Assembly: GCA_963783305.1 (NCBI GenBank)
Contig: CAWAMW010000015.1
Location: forward strand, 192,001 to 256,000
DNA: 64,000 bases
Source: an uncultured Gemmatimonadales bacterium
GTDB lineage: Bacteria; Gemmatimonadota; Gemmatimonadetes; Longimicrobiales; RSA9
Direction of reading: 5' to 3'
The notes under the pieces are model-generated. The model was not told the origin of the DNA and searched no databases. It saw only the letters and a program-made list of their open reading frames with translations. The position numbers were made by a program, and so were the translations under genes. This document shows, one piece after another, positions 35,458 to 44,840 of the stretch. The first letter of the stretch is position 1. Each line of letters begins with the position of its first letter.

Positions 35458-36104
35458 GACAGACGCTGGGGCCCCTGCCCCTGTTTGCGCTGTTCGCCGC
35501 GTGTGCGCCGGTGGCGCCGAAGCCGGCCGCCATCCCGCGTCCGGTGGACGACTCACCCCCAGTGGCCGAAGAGACTCGGCAAGACCTGCCGCCCGTCGGA
35601 CTCGGTAGTCTGCGGCAGAACGAGTTCTCGGTGGAGATCGTGGACCCGCCGCTGCACGTGAAGCTGACGCCGCTGGCGGAGGAGGTGATCCGGCTGGCGG
35701 CCCCGGATACGTATGAGCGGCTGCACGCGCTGTCGTCGAGTCGGGCCGCGGACGCGGAACGGATGACGGAAGCGTACGGAGCGGCGCTCTTCCTCGTCTC
35801 GTTCTTCAGTCGGGACGCGAACGTCGCATACCGGCCGGAGGAGCTGACACTGACACACCGGGGGAGGGTGCTGCGTCCCGTGGGCATCATTCCGCTGACT
35901 ACGGGCTGGGGCCGCCAGCTGCTGCAGCCGCAGCAGACGCAGAGCGCCATCTATGTGTTCGAGCCGGCGTTCGATTATGCGTTGTCGCTCACGATGCGGT
36001 ATGGTCTGAAGGACAGCGAGGACTGGCAACGCGAGATCGTGCCGTTGCTGGAAGAGGAGCGGGCGCGTGTGGCCTCCCGGGCGGGAGCCAGAAGCGGCGG
36101 CTGA
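35454..36104 (+). CDS. Hypothetical lipoprotein
   Basis: ATGA overlap with engB; lipobox FAAC; Pro-rich linker then globular region. Confidence 0.7.
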   Translation: MRQTLGPLPLFALFAACAPVAPKPAAIPRPVDDSPPVAEETRQDLPPVGLGSLRQNEFSVEIVDPPLHVKLTPLAEEVIRLAAPDTYERLHALSSSRAADAERMTEAYGAALFLVSFFSRDANVAYRPEELTLTHRGRVLRPVGIIPLTTGWGRQLLQPQQTQSAIYVFEPAFDYALSLTMRYGLKDSEDWQREIVPLLEEERARVASRAGARSGG

Positions 36105-36148
36105 CGGAGCGCGGCCGAACGCGGCCGGGGCGGCGGTCGTTTCGCCCC

Positions 36149-37738
36149 TCAGAGCGGAATGTCGTACTCCTTGATCTTCCGATAGAGTGTGCGCTCGCCG
36201 ATCCCAAGGACCTCCGCGGCCTCGCGACGGTTCCCGCCCACTTCCTTCAGCACCGCAGTGATGGTCTCCCGCTCGACGTCCTTCATGCTCATGCCCGGCT
36301 TGAAGACGACGACCCGCTCCTCATCGAGGTCGTCCGGGTCGTCCGGGTCATCGAAGCCGTGCCCGGCGGGGCCGTGGAGCGGCGAGGAGACATCGCGTCC
36401 CATGGCGTCCTCGAGGTAGGAATAGGGCAGGGGCAGCGACGTGGGAGACGTTGTGTGCTGCTGCTGGTACTCCTCGAACCCGCTTTTCAGGTCCTCCACG
36501 TCCAGCCGCAGTTGAAGCAGCATTCGAAAGATGAACTCGAGGGCGGGACCCGAGCCGCCGTCCTCGCCGGAGGTATTGACGCGGGGCATGACCGGCGCAG
36601 GCAGGTTCGGCGTTGAGCCCGGCGTCCTGATGGAGGGCGGAATATCGGCTGGCGTGATGGTGCGACCGGACATCATGACGACCACGGACTCCACGAGGTT
36701 GCGGAGCTCCCGGATGTTCCCTGGCCAGTCGTGCTTCATGAGCAGCGCCATGGCCTCGGGCGTAATGTCGACGGGGCTAAGGTCGTGCTCCCGGCTGGTG
36801 GTACTCATGAACTCGTCCACCAACAGGGGAATGTCCTCCCGCCGCTGTCGGAGCGGCGGGAGCTCGATGTGGAGTACGTTCAGGCGGTAGTAGAGATCGC
36901 GGCGGAACTCGCCCAGCTCCACCTGGTGGCGGAGGTGACGGTTGGTGGCCACCACCACCCGAACATCCACCCGGATCGGCGCCTCGCCGCCGACGCGCAT
37001 GAACTCCCGCTGCTCGATCACGCGGAGCAGCTTGGTCTGTGTGGCGAGGGGCATCTCCCCGATCTCGTCGAGGAACAGGGTGCCCTTGTCCGCGAGCTCG
37101 AAGAGGCCCTTCCGCTGTGCAATGGCGCCGGTGAAGGCGCCCTTCTCGTGCCCGAAGAGTTCGGACTCCAGCAGGGTATCGGCGAGGGCGGCGACGTTCG
37201 CGGCGATGAAAGGCTTGTGTCGCCGGGGTGAGAGGACGTGGATCCCGCGAGCGACCAGCTCCTTCCCCGTTCCGCTCTCGCCGGTGATGAGGACGTTGGA
37301 CTTCACCGGCGCCATCTGAGTGATGCGCTCAAGGACCTCGATCATGGCGTCCGTCTCGCCGACGATGCCCGTGAGCTCGCGGAGACGCTTCCGCTCGATG
37401 AGTCGTTTCCCCGCGAGCGCCACGTCCTCGATATCCAGGGGCTTGATGAAGGTCTCCATCAGCCCGAGCCGGGTGCGGAGGGACGGTGGCACTTCCTCGG
37501 CGGACTCGGTGATTCCCATGATGGGAAGCCGGTCGAGCGCGGCCGCCTCGTCGGCAAGGCGGCGTGCGCGCTTACCGTCCAGGCCGCCGGTCAGGATGAG
37601 GAGCACCGGGTCCTCGACGTCGGCGATCTCCTCCGAGGGGGTCAACAGCTCCACCGGCATCTTGCGCGCGGCGTACGCATCGCGGAGCCGCACGGCGGTC
37701 TCCAGGTCGGTGGTCGTGATGAGTACGCGCTCAGCCAT
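36149..37738 (-). CDS. sigma54-dependent Fis-family activator with degenerate receiver domain
   Basis: GESGTGKE, ESELFGHEKGAFTGA, LFLDEIGE, WPGNIREL, C-terminal HTH (LGIGERTLYRK). Confidence 0.93.
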   Translation of the reverse strand: MAERVLITTTDLETAVRLRDAYAARKMPVELLTPSEEIADVEDPVLLILTGGLDGKRARRLADEAAALDRLPIMGITESAEEVPPSLRTRLGLMETFIKPLDIEDVALAGKRLIERKRLRELTGIVGETDAMIEVLERITQMAPVKSNVLITGESGTGKELVARGIHVLSPRRHKPFIAANVAALADTLLESELFGHEKGAFTGAIAQRKGLFELADKGTLFLDEIGEMPLATQTKLLRVIEQREFMRVGGEAPIRVDVRVVVATNRHLRHQVELGEFRRDLYYRLNVLHIELPPLRQRREDIPLLVDEFMSTTSREHDLSPVDITPEAMALLMKHDWPGNIRELRNLVESVVVMMSGRTITPADIPPSIRTPGSTPNLPAPVMPRVNTSGEDGGSGPALEFIFRMLLQLRLDVEDLKSGFEEYQQQHTTSPTSLPLPYSYLEDAMGRDVSSPLHGPAGHGFDDPDDPDDLDEERVVVFKPGMSMKDVERETITAVLKEVGGNRREAAEVLGIGERTLYRKIKEYDIPL

Positions 37739-38234
37739 GATCGGGGTGGGTGCGGGTATCGTCGCCGCGAAGCAGCTGAACGGCGTGCTGGACAAAGGTA
37801 TCGAGGACCGCCAGTCCTTCGCGGACGGCCTTCGTGCTTCCGGGGAGGTTCACGATCAATGTGCGAGCGCGTATGCCGGCCACGCCCCGCGAGAGCCACG
37901 CCGTGGGGGTGGCGGCCGACCCCGCCGAACGGAGCGCCTCAGCGACCCCCGGGGCGGGTTTCTGGATCACGGCGCTGGTGGCCTCCGGGGTCACGTCGCG
38001 CTCGGTGAACCCGGTTCCGCCGGTGGTGATGACCAGATCGATTGCGCCACGGTCCGCCATGGACGCGAGGTGCCCCTGGATCTGGAGGCGGTCGTCCGGC
38101 GTGACCGCGTGCTCCACCAGGACGTGGCCGCTCCGCTCCGACCACGCCCGTATGGCCTCTCCGCTGGTATCCTCGCGCTCCTGGCGGCTGGCCGCATCGG
38201 AAATCGTGAGGATGGCCAGGCGGATCGGCTCCAT
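37731..38234 (-). CDS. MogA/MoaB molybdopterin adenylyltransferase
   Basis: LTISD, REDTSG, TTGGTG...RDVTPEA, SRG.AG, NLPGS. Confidence 0.93.
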   Translation of the reverse strand: MEPIRLAILTISDAASRQEREDTSGEAIRAWSERSGHVLVEHAVTPDDRLQIQGHLASMADRGAIDLVITTGGTGFTERDVTPEATSAVIQKPAPGVAEALRSAGSAATPTAWLSRGVAGIRARTLIVNLPGSTKAVREGLAVLDTFVQHAVQLLRGDDTRTHPDHG

Positions 38235-38238
38235 GGGA

Positions 38239-39351
38239 TCAGCGACGGAGCGACCCCTCGGTGTAAAAGGGTGGCCGCACGACTTCGGCCGGTATGGCCC
38301 TGTCGCGGATGACCACCTCGATGGCGGTCCCGGGCTTCGCGGCCGCGATCGGCACGTACCCCATGCCGACGCCCTTGCCTGTGGAATGGCTGAGCACACC
38401 GCTCGTCACCTCCCCCGCTGGCTCACCCTGGTAGCGGATCTCGTAGCCGTGCCGCGGGAAGCCCCGCTCGGCGAGGACGAACCCGACCAGCTTTTCCGTG
38501 AGCCCCTGCTCCTTCTGACGGGCGAGGGCATCGCGGCCGATGAAGTCTCCGCTGTCGAGCTTGACGACCCACCCGAGATTCGCCTCCAGCGGCGTCCGCC
38601 GCTCGTCGAGGTCGTTGCCGTAGAGGATGTAGCCGACCTCGAGGCGCAGCGAGTCGCGGGCGCCGAGGCCGGCCGGGATGAGGCCATCATCCCGCCCGGC
38701 GTCCAGGAGCGCGTTCCATACGTGGGCGGCATCGGCGGCGGCCACGTACAGCTCGAAGCCGTCCTCGCCGGTGTAGCCCGTCCGGCTGATGATGGCGTCG
38801 CGGCCGGCGACAGTGCCCTCCCGGAACCGGTAGAAGCCGATGGCGTCCAGGTCGATGTCGGTGAGGCGGGCGAGGATCGGCTGCGCCTTCGGCCCCTGGA
38901 GCGCCAGGAGCCCGAACTCGTCGGAGCGGTCGGTGAACTCCACATCGAAGTCCTTCGCCGCGCGCTCGAACCAGGCGCGATCCTTGTCGAGGTTGCCGGC
39001 GTTCACCACGACCATGTAGTGGTCCTCGAAGCGGTACACGATGCAGTCGTCGAGGGCGGTTCCGTCCTCCTGACAGAGGACCGTGTACTGGGCCTGGCCG
39101 ACCTCGAGGCGGGAGGCGTCATTGGTGAGCAGGTGCTGGACGAGGTCGAGCGCCTGCGGGCCCCGGACATCGAACTCGCCCATGTGGGAGACATCGAACA
39201 GGCCGGCGTCGTTCCGCACCGCCTGGTGCTCCTTAACGATCCCGGTTGGATACTGGACGGGCATGGCGTAGCCCGCGAACGGGACCAGCTTGGCGTCCAG
39301 CTTCTCGTGCTCCCCGTGGAGCGGCGTGTTCTTCAGTGCCTGATCGGCCAT
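38239..39351 (-). CDS. gcvT: Glycine cleavage system aminomethyltransferase T
   Basis: TPL...H, FAGY.MPVQY, FDVSHMG, RTGYTGEDGFE, GLGARDSLRLE. Confidence 0.97.
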   Translation of the reverse strand: MADQALKNTPLHGEHEKLDAKLVPFAGYAMPVQYPTGIVKEHQAVRNDAGLFDVSHMGEFDVRGPQALDLVQHLLTNDASRLEVGQAQYTVLCQEDGTALDDCIVYRFEDHYMVVVNAGNLDKDRAWFERAAKDFDVEFTDRSDEFGLLALQGPKAQPILARLTDIDLDAIGFYRFREGTVAGRDAIISRTGYTGEDGFELYVAAADAAHVWNALLDAGRDDGLIPAGLGARDSLRLEVGYILYGNDLDERRTPLEANLGWVVKLDSGDFIGRDALARQKEQGLTEKLVGFVLAERGFPRHGYEIRYQGEPAGEVTSGVLSHSTGKGVGMGYVPIAAAKPGTAIEVVIRDRAIPAEVVRPPFYTEGSLRR

Positions 39352-39352
39352 G

Positions 39353-40258
39353 TCACACCCCCATCAAATGAGCCATGATCGCCTTCTGGGCGTGGAGCCG
39401 GTTCTCGGCTTCGTCCCATACCCGGGACCGCTTCCCTTCGAAGACGTCCTCGGTCACCTCCTCGCCGCGATGGGCGGGGAGGCAGTGGAGGAAGATGGAC
39501 TCGGACGCGGCGGCCGCCATCATCTCCCCGGATACCTGGAACCCCTGGAAGACGCGCATCCGCTCCTGCTGCTCTTCCTCCTGTCCCATGGAGGCCCAGA
39601 CGTCGGTGGTAATGACGTCTGCGCCCTCGGCCGCCTCCATGGGGTCGTGGGTGAGCATGATTGTGGCGGTGCCGCGGGCGCGCTCGAAGATCTCCTTGTC
39701 CGGCTCGTACCCTTCCGGTGTGGCGATGCGGACTTCGAGGCCGAAACGGTAGGCGGCGTTCAGCCACGAATTGGCCATGTTGTTGCCGTCCCCGATCCAG
39801 GCCACCTTCTTCCCGCTGAGGTCCCGGCCGAACTCCTCCTGGATGGTCATGACATCGGCCATGACCTGGCAGGGGTGCAGGAGATCGGTGAGGCCGTTGA
39901 TGATGGGGATGGAGCCGTAGTGGGCGAGCTCGACCAGGTCGTTCTGATCGAAGGTGCGGATCATGACGCCATCCAGGTACCGCGACAGGACACGAGCGGT
40001 GTCCCGGATCGGCTCACCGCGCCCGAGCTGAAGGTCGCGGGCGGAGAGGAAGAGGGCGTGGCCGCCGAGCTGGTACATGCCCACCTCGAAGGAGACGCGC
40101 GTGCGGGTCGAGCTCTTCTGGAAGATCATGCCCAGGGTCTTGCCAGCCAGCGGTTTCCCGGCCTCTTTGCCGGATTTCAGCCTGTGGGCGAGGTCCAGGA
40201 GGTCGTAGAGCTGATCGGTATCGAAGTCGGGGATCGCCAGGAAATGCTTGATATCCAT
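39353..40258 (-). CDS. argF: Ornithine carbamoyltransferase
   Basis: SSTRTR, HPCQ, GDGNNM, DVWASMG, HCLP, EAENR. Confidence 0.96.
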   Translation of the reverse strand: MDIKHFLAIPDFDTDQLYDLLDLAHRLKSGKEAGKPLAGKTLGMIFQKSSTRTRVSFEVGMYQLGGHALFLSARDLQLGRGEPIRDTARVLSRYLDGVMIRTFDQNDLVELAHYGSIPIINGLTDLLHPCQVMADVMTIQEEFGRDLSGKKVAWIGDGNNMANSWLNAAYRFGLEVRIATPEGYEPDKEIFERARGTATIMLTHDPMEAAEGADVITTDVWASMGQEEEQQERMRVFQGFQVSGEMMAAAASESIFLHCLPAHRGEEVTEDVFEGKRSRVWDEAENRLHAQKAIMAHLMGV

Positions 40259-40302
40259 CCGTGCCTCACCCATTGAGTGCCAAAATTGCAGTCCGGACGA
40301 GG

Positions 40303-40331
40303 AACGTATCGAGTGGCCCGAGAGGCGTAAA
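40303..40331 (-). promoter_or_regulatory. Putative sigma70 promoter of argF-gcvT-mog-activator operon
   Basis: TTTACG-17nt-TACGTT. Confidence 0.45.
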
Positions 40332-40357
40332 GGCCACGGGCGGGCGCTCCCGTGGCC
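40329..40357 (-). terminator. Terminator after hslU
   Basis: GGCCACGGG-8nt-CCCGTGGCC followed by TTT. Confidence 0.6.
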
Positions 40358-40368
40358 GGCCTCGCGGC

Positions 40369-41934
40369 TCAGAGGATGTAGCGTCGCAGGTCGTCGTCGT
40401 CGATGACGGCGCGGAGGCGTTCACGGACCATGGCGCCGTCCACTCGCACGCTCTCCTGTCCCGAGTCCGGTAGCTCGAAGAGGAGCTCCTCGAGGAGGGT
40501 GGTCATGACGGTATGGAGCCGCCGGGCGCCGATGTTCTCCATGCGCTCGTTGACCTCGGCGGCGATGCGTGCGATCTCGCGAATCGACTCGTCATCGAAC
40601 TCGAGCTCCACGCCCTCGGATGCGATGAGGGCCTGGTACTGCCGGACGAGGGCGTTCCTGGGCTCCTGGAGGATGCGGACGAAATCCGCCTCGGTGAGCG
40701 CCTTCAGCTCGACGCGAATGGGGAAACGGCCCTGGAGCTCGGGGATCATGTCGCTGGGCTTGGCGACGTGGAAGGCGCCGGCAGCGACGAATAGGACGTG
40801 GTCGGTGCGAACCATGCCGTACTTGGTCTGGACGGTGCTCCCCTCGACGATGGGCAGCAGGTCGCGCTGCACGCCCTCGCGGCTCACGTCGGGGCCCGGC
40901 CCGGACCCACTGCGCTCGCCCACGACCTTGTCCACCTCGTCGAGGAAGACGATGCCGGTGTCCTCGGTGCGGTCGAGGGCCTCGTTGATGACCTCGTCCA
41001 TGTCCACGAGCCGGTCAAGCTCGTCCTGGAGGAGGATCCGGCGGGCCTCGGCGATGCTCACGGTGCGCCGCTTCTTCTTCTTCGGCAGCATGTCCTGAAG
41101 CATCTCGGTGAAATTGAAGTCCATGCCATCCATGCCGCCGCCCATGGGCATCATCATGCCATCGATGGACGCCGACTGCTGGACCTCCACGTCCACCATG
41201 CGCTCCTCGAGCTTCCCGTCCTGCAGGAGCTTGCGCAGCTTCTCGCGGGTGCGCTTGCGACGCTCCGAGCCGTCACCCTCCGCACCGGAGGACTGCTCCT
41301 GCGCGGCCCCGCTGGAGCCGACGACGAAGGCGCGAACGCTCGCGCCGGAGCCCTCCTCCATCGGAGCGGAGCCGGGGGCGCCTTCCTCGACCGGGGGGAG
41401 GAGCAGGTCGAGAAGCCGGTTCTCAACGCCTTCCTTCGCCTGCTCCTCGACCTCCGCCTCCCGCTCGTCCCGGACCAGGTTGACGGCCACGTCCACGAGA
41501 TCGCGGACGATGGACTCCACGTCCCTCCCGACGTAGCCGACCTCCGTAAACTTCGACGCTTCGACCTTCACGAACGGAGCGCCCGCCAGGCGCGCTAGAC
41601 GCCGGGCGATCTCGGTCTTCCCCACCCCCGTGGGCCCGATCATGATGATGTTGTTGGGCATGATCTCGTCGCGCAGGTCCTCGGGCGCCTGCTGCCGGCG
41701 CCAGCGGTTGCGGAGCGCGATGGCCACCGCCTTCTTGGCGGCATCCTGACCCACGATGTACGTGTCCAGCTCCGCCACAATCTGTCGCGGCGTCAGCTCG
41801 TCCAGCCACGCGGGGGCGGCGCCATCTCCGGCCGCGCCATCCCCGGCGGCCCCCTGGTCGGCGGCCCCCTGGTCAGCGGCGCTTTCATCGGGACGGCTCT
41901 CGGTGGTATCCAGGCCCAGCTCCATATCAGTCAT
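40369..41934 (-). CDS. hslU: ATP-dependent protease ATPase subunit HslU with N-terminal extension
   Basis: [34 protein letters not shown]-terminal RYIL; TGATG overlap with hslV. Confidence 0.98.
   Translation of the reverse strand: MTDMELGLDTTESRPDESAADQGAADQGAAGDGAAGDGAAPAWLDELTPRQIVAELDTYIVGQDAAKKAVAIALRNRWRRQQAPEDLRDEIMPNNIIMIGPTGVGKTEIARRLARLAGAPFVKVEASKFTEVGYVGRDVESIVRDLVDVAVNLVRDEREAEVEEQAKEGVENRLLDLLLPPVEEGAPGSAPMEEGSGASVRAFVVGSSGAAQEQSSGAEGDGSERRKRTREKLRKLLQDGKLEERMVDVEVQQSASIDGMMMPMGGGMDGMDFNFTEMLQDMLPKKKKRRTVSIAEARRILLQDELDRLVDMDEVINEALDRTEDTGIVFLDEVDKVVGERSGSGPGPDVSREGVQRDLLPIVEGSTVQTKYGMVRTDHVLFVAAGAFHVAKPSDMIPELQGRFPIRVELKALTEADFVRILQEPRNALVRQYQALIASEGVELEFDDESIREIARIAAEVNERMENIGARRLHTVMTTLLEELLFELPDSGQESVRVDGAMVRERLRAVIDDDDLRRYIL
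41821..41880. repeat. 4 x 15-bp imperfect tandem repeat in hslU 5' region (AADQG x2, AAGDG x2)
   Basis: gccatctccggccgc / gccatccccggcggc / cccctggtcggcggc / cccctggtcagcggc. Confidence 0.85.
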
Positions 41935-42488
41935 CAATCTTTCGATCCGTCCAGCTCGAGGACGGTGATGTTGCGGTTGGTGTAAATGCAGATGTCGCTG
42001 GCGATCTCGAGAGAGCTCCGTACGATGGCGGCGGCATCCAGAGCGGCGTGGACCTTCATGGCGCGAGCGGCCGCGAGGGCGTAGCCACCGCCGCTGCCGA
42101 TGGCGACGATCTCGTCATCGGGCTCGATGACGTTGCCATCGCCGCTCACGAGGAAGAGGTGGTCGGCGTCGGCGACGGCGAGGAGGGCCTCGAGCCGGCG
42201 CAGATAGCGATCGGTGCGCCAGTCCTTGGCGAGCTCCACGACCGCGCGCGGGAGGTTGCCGGGATAGCGCTCCAACTTCTCCTCGAACTTCTCGAAGAGG
42301 GTGAACGCGTCGGCCACGGAGCCCGCGAAGCCGGCCAGGATGCGGCCGTCCTTGAGCTTCCGGACCTTCCGGGCGCTGCCCTTCATGACCGTGTCGCCCA
42401 TGGTGACCTGGCCATCGCCGCCCAGGGCCACGCGGCCGTCATGTCGGACGGCTACGATCGTCGTTGCGTGCATTTGGTTCTTGCTCAT
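41934..42488 (-). CDS. hslV: ATP-dependent protease subunit HslV
   Basis: Short propeptide then TTIVAV, GDGQVT, GSGG, CIYTN. Confidence 0.97.
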   Translation of the reverse strand: MSKNQMHATTIVAVRHDGRVALGGDGQVTMGDTVMKGSARKVRKLKDGRILAGFAGSVADAFTLFEKFEEKLERYPGNLPRAVVELAKDWRTDRYLRRLEALLAVADADHLFLVSGDGNVIEPDDEIVAIGSGGGYALAAARAMKVHAALDAAAIVRSSLEIASDICIYTNRNITVLELDGSKD

Positions 42489-42534
42489 GTCTATGCTGTA
42501 CCCCGCGCCCGCGTCGGGTTTCCCGGGAGACGCA

Positions 42535-43461
42535 TCATGCCCTGGGATGGGCGTCCCGGTAGACCTTCTTGAGGCGCTCCTTGGAGGTGTGCGTGTAGAT
42601 GCGGGTGGTGGAGAGGGACTCGTGCCCAAGCAGCTCCTTCACCGCCATCAGGTCGGCGCCGGCGTCCAGCAGGTGAGTCGCGAAGGAGTGCCGGAGCGAG
42701 TGCGTAGACAGCTCTCCCTCATCGGCCACAGCGTCGAGGTACTCCCGGACGATGTCCTGGATCCGGCGCGTGCTCAGGCGCCGGCCGCTTTCACCGAGGA
42801 AGAGGGCATCGCGGTCGGGGCGGTCGCACGCGCGGATCACCTCGGTCCGACGCAACTCGTAGCGGCGGAGGGCCCGGACGGCGGCGGAGCCCAGCGGGAC
42901 AATGCGCTCCTTCCGGCCCTTGCCGCGAACCTTAACCTGGTCGCCGACGAGGTCCACGTCGCGGTTCGTAAGGCCCTGGAGCTCCGAGACGCGCATGCCG
43001 GTGGCGTAGAAGGTCTCGAGGATCGCCAGATCGCGGGCGCCCCGGAACCCACCATCGGCGGCGCGAGTCTCGGCGATCTCGAACATCCGGTCGACATCCC
43101 CACGGCTGAGCCAGGAGGGGAGCTTCCGATCCAGCTTGGGCGACCGCACGGTGCGAGCGGGATTCGCGTCGACGACTCCCTCCCGGTGCAGCCAGCGGAA
43201 GAAGCTCCGGACGGCCGAGAGCTTCCGGCTGATGGTCCGGCGCGCGAGCCCGCGTCGGTTCAGGTGGCCGAGGTAGGAGCGGAGGTCGAGGCGATCGAGC
43301 TCGTCCCACGACCAGGTGGAGCGCTGGGTATCGAGCCAGGTGCTGAACTGGTCGAGGTCGCGGCGGTAGGCGGAGACCGTGTTCGGGCTCAGCTGGCGTC
43401 CTTCCTCGATGTAGCGGAGGTAGTCGCCGAGGGGGCCGGTGCCGGCGGAGGACGGGCTCAC
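42535..43461 (-). CDS. xerC: Tyrosine recombinase XerC
   Basis: [36 protein letters not shown]; topA-trmFO-xerC-hslVU synteny. Confidence 0.9.
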   Translation of the reverse strand: MSPSSAGTGPLGDYLRYIEEGRQLSPNTVSAYRRDLDQFSTWLDTQRSTWSWDELDRLDLRSYLGHLNRRGLARRTISRKLSAVRSFFRWLHREGVVDANPARTVRSPKLDRKLPSWLSRGDVDRMFEIAETRAADGGFRGARDLAILETFYATGMRVSELQGLTNRDVDLVGDQVKVRGKGRKERIVPLGSAAVRALRRYELRRTEVIRACDRPDRDALFLGESGRRLSTRRIQDIVREYLDAVADEGELSTHSLRHSFATHLLDAGADLMAVKELLGHESLSTTRIYTHTSKERLKKVYRDAHPRA

Positions 43462-44840
43462 GACTCGCGCGCGTGAGCCGAGGAATGGGTGCGCTCCGGA
43501 ATGTGTGCGGGCTGGGGGAGGCGAACGCGCTCCAGGCCGTTCCCGGACATCCAGGCGGCGAAGTCCCGCTGCGCGCGCTCAGAGGTCTTCTGTCGCTTCT
43601 CGGCCTTCTTCCGGATCCGCTCCTCGAGGGGATCCACCAGGCCGAAGTTGGAGTTCATGGGCTGGAAGTCGCCGGGGTCGGCCTCGCGGAGATAGCGGTA
43701 GAGGCCGCCGAGCATGGTGGTGCTGGGCGGGATGACCGGGTCCTCTCCCCGTACGACCCGGCCGAGATTGATCCCGGCGAGGATCCCGGACGCGGCGGAC
43801 TCGGTGTACCCCTCCACGCCGGTGAGCTGACCGGCGAAGATGAGGTCGGGGCGCGCCTCGGTGGCGCCGTATTCGCTGAGACGGGCCGGGAAGTTGAGGT
43901 ACGTGTTGCGGTGGATGGAGCCCATGCGGAAGAACTCCGCGTCCGCGAGCCCGGGAATGCTCCGGAATATGGCGCGCTGCTCCCCGGTGCGGAGGCGGGT
44001 CTGAAAGCCGACCATGTTCCACATCTGGCCCCGGCGGTCCTCGCGTCGGAGCTGGACGACGGCGTGGGCCGTCTCCCCCGTGCGAGGGTTGGGAAGTCCG
44101 ATGGGTCGCATGGGTCCGAAGCGCAGTGTCTCCGCGCCTCGCTCCGCCATGACCTCGATGGGCAGGCAGCCCTCGAAGAAGGGCACGTTCTCCCAGTCGT
44201 GGCCCGGATAGACATCGGCCTCGCGCAGCGCCGCAATGAAGGCGTCGTACTGCTCGTGGTCCATGGGGCAGTTGAGGTAGTCGTCCCCTTCCCCCTTCTC
44301 CCAGCGGGAGCCAAGCCACGCGATGTCCATGTCCACGGAGTCGGCGGAAATGATGGGGGCGATGGAGTCGAAGAAGGCGAGGCCCTCGTCGCCCAGGAGC
44401 CGCTGGATCTCCGTGGTCAGCGCTTCGGACGTGAGGGGCCCGGTGGCGAGGACCGCGGGGCCGTCCGGGAGCGCTGTGACCTCCCGACGCTCGAGCGTGA
44501 TCCGGGGGTGCTCCTCCATGGCCGTGGTGATGCGACGGGCGAAAATCTCTCGATCGACGGCCAGGGCCGTGCCCGCGGGGACGCGTGAGGCGTCGGCGCT
44601 GGAGAGCAGCAGCGACCCGAGCGCGCGCATCTCGGCCTTGAGCAGCCCGTGGGCGTTGGTGGTGTCCTCGCTCTTGAACGAGTTGGTGCAGACCAGCTCC
44701 GCCAGGTCACCGGTCTGGTGCGCCGGCGTGGACCGTACCGGCCGCATCTCTACCAGCCTCACATCGTGACCGCGTTCGGCCAGCTGCCACGCGGCCTCGC
44801 AACCGGCGAGCCCCCCACCCACTACCGTCACTTCCGCCAT
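43458..44840 (-). CDS. trmFO: Folate-dependent tRNA (uracil-54) methyltransferase
   Basis: GGGLAG.EAAWQLA, ELVC.NS, FEGCLP.E, GFQT, HRNTY, GVEGY.ES. Confidence 0.97.
   Translation of the reverse strand: MAEVTVVGGGLAGCEAAWQLAERGHDVRLVEMRPVRSTPAHQTGDLAELVCTNSFKSEDTTNAHGLLKAEMRALGSLLLSSADASRVPAGTALAVDREIFARRITTAMEEHPRITLERREVTALPDGPAVLATGPLTSEALTTEIQRLLGDEGLAFFDSIAPIISADSVDMDIAWLGSRWEKGEGDDYLNCPMDHEQYDAFIAALREADVYPGHDWENVPFFEGCLPIEVMAERGAETLRFGPMRPIGLPNPRTGETAHAVVQLRREDRRGQMWNMVGFQTRLRTGEQRAIFRSIPGLADAEFFRMGSIHRNTYLNFPARLSEYGATEARPDLIFAGQLTGVEGYTESAASGILAGINLGRVVRGEDPVIPPSTTMLGGLYRYLREADPGDFQPMNSNFGLVDPLEERIRKKAEKRQKTSERAQRDFAAWMSGNGLERVRLPQPAHIPERTHSSAHARES

Noticed and set aside
40275..40283. 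CIRCE-like half site TTGGCACTC before argF
   Set aside because: No second arm at N9 spacing, and argF is not a chaperone gene.
42535..43461. Tyrosine recombinase as a mobile-element integrase
   Set aside because: Housekeeping xerC synteny; no att repeats or cargo.
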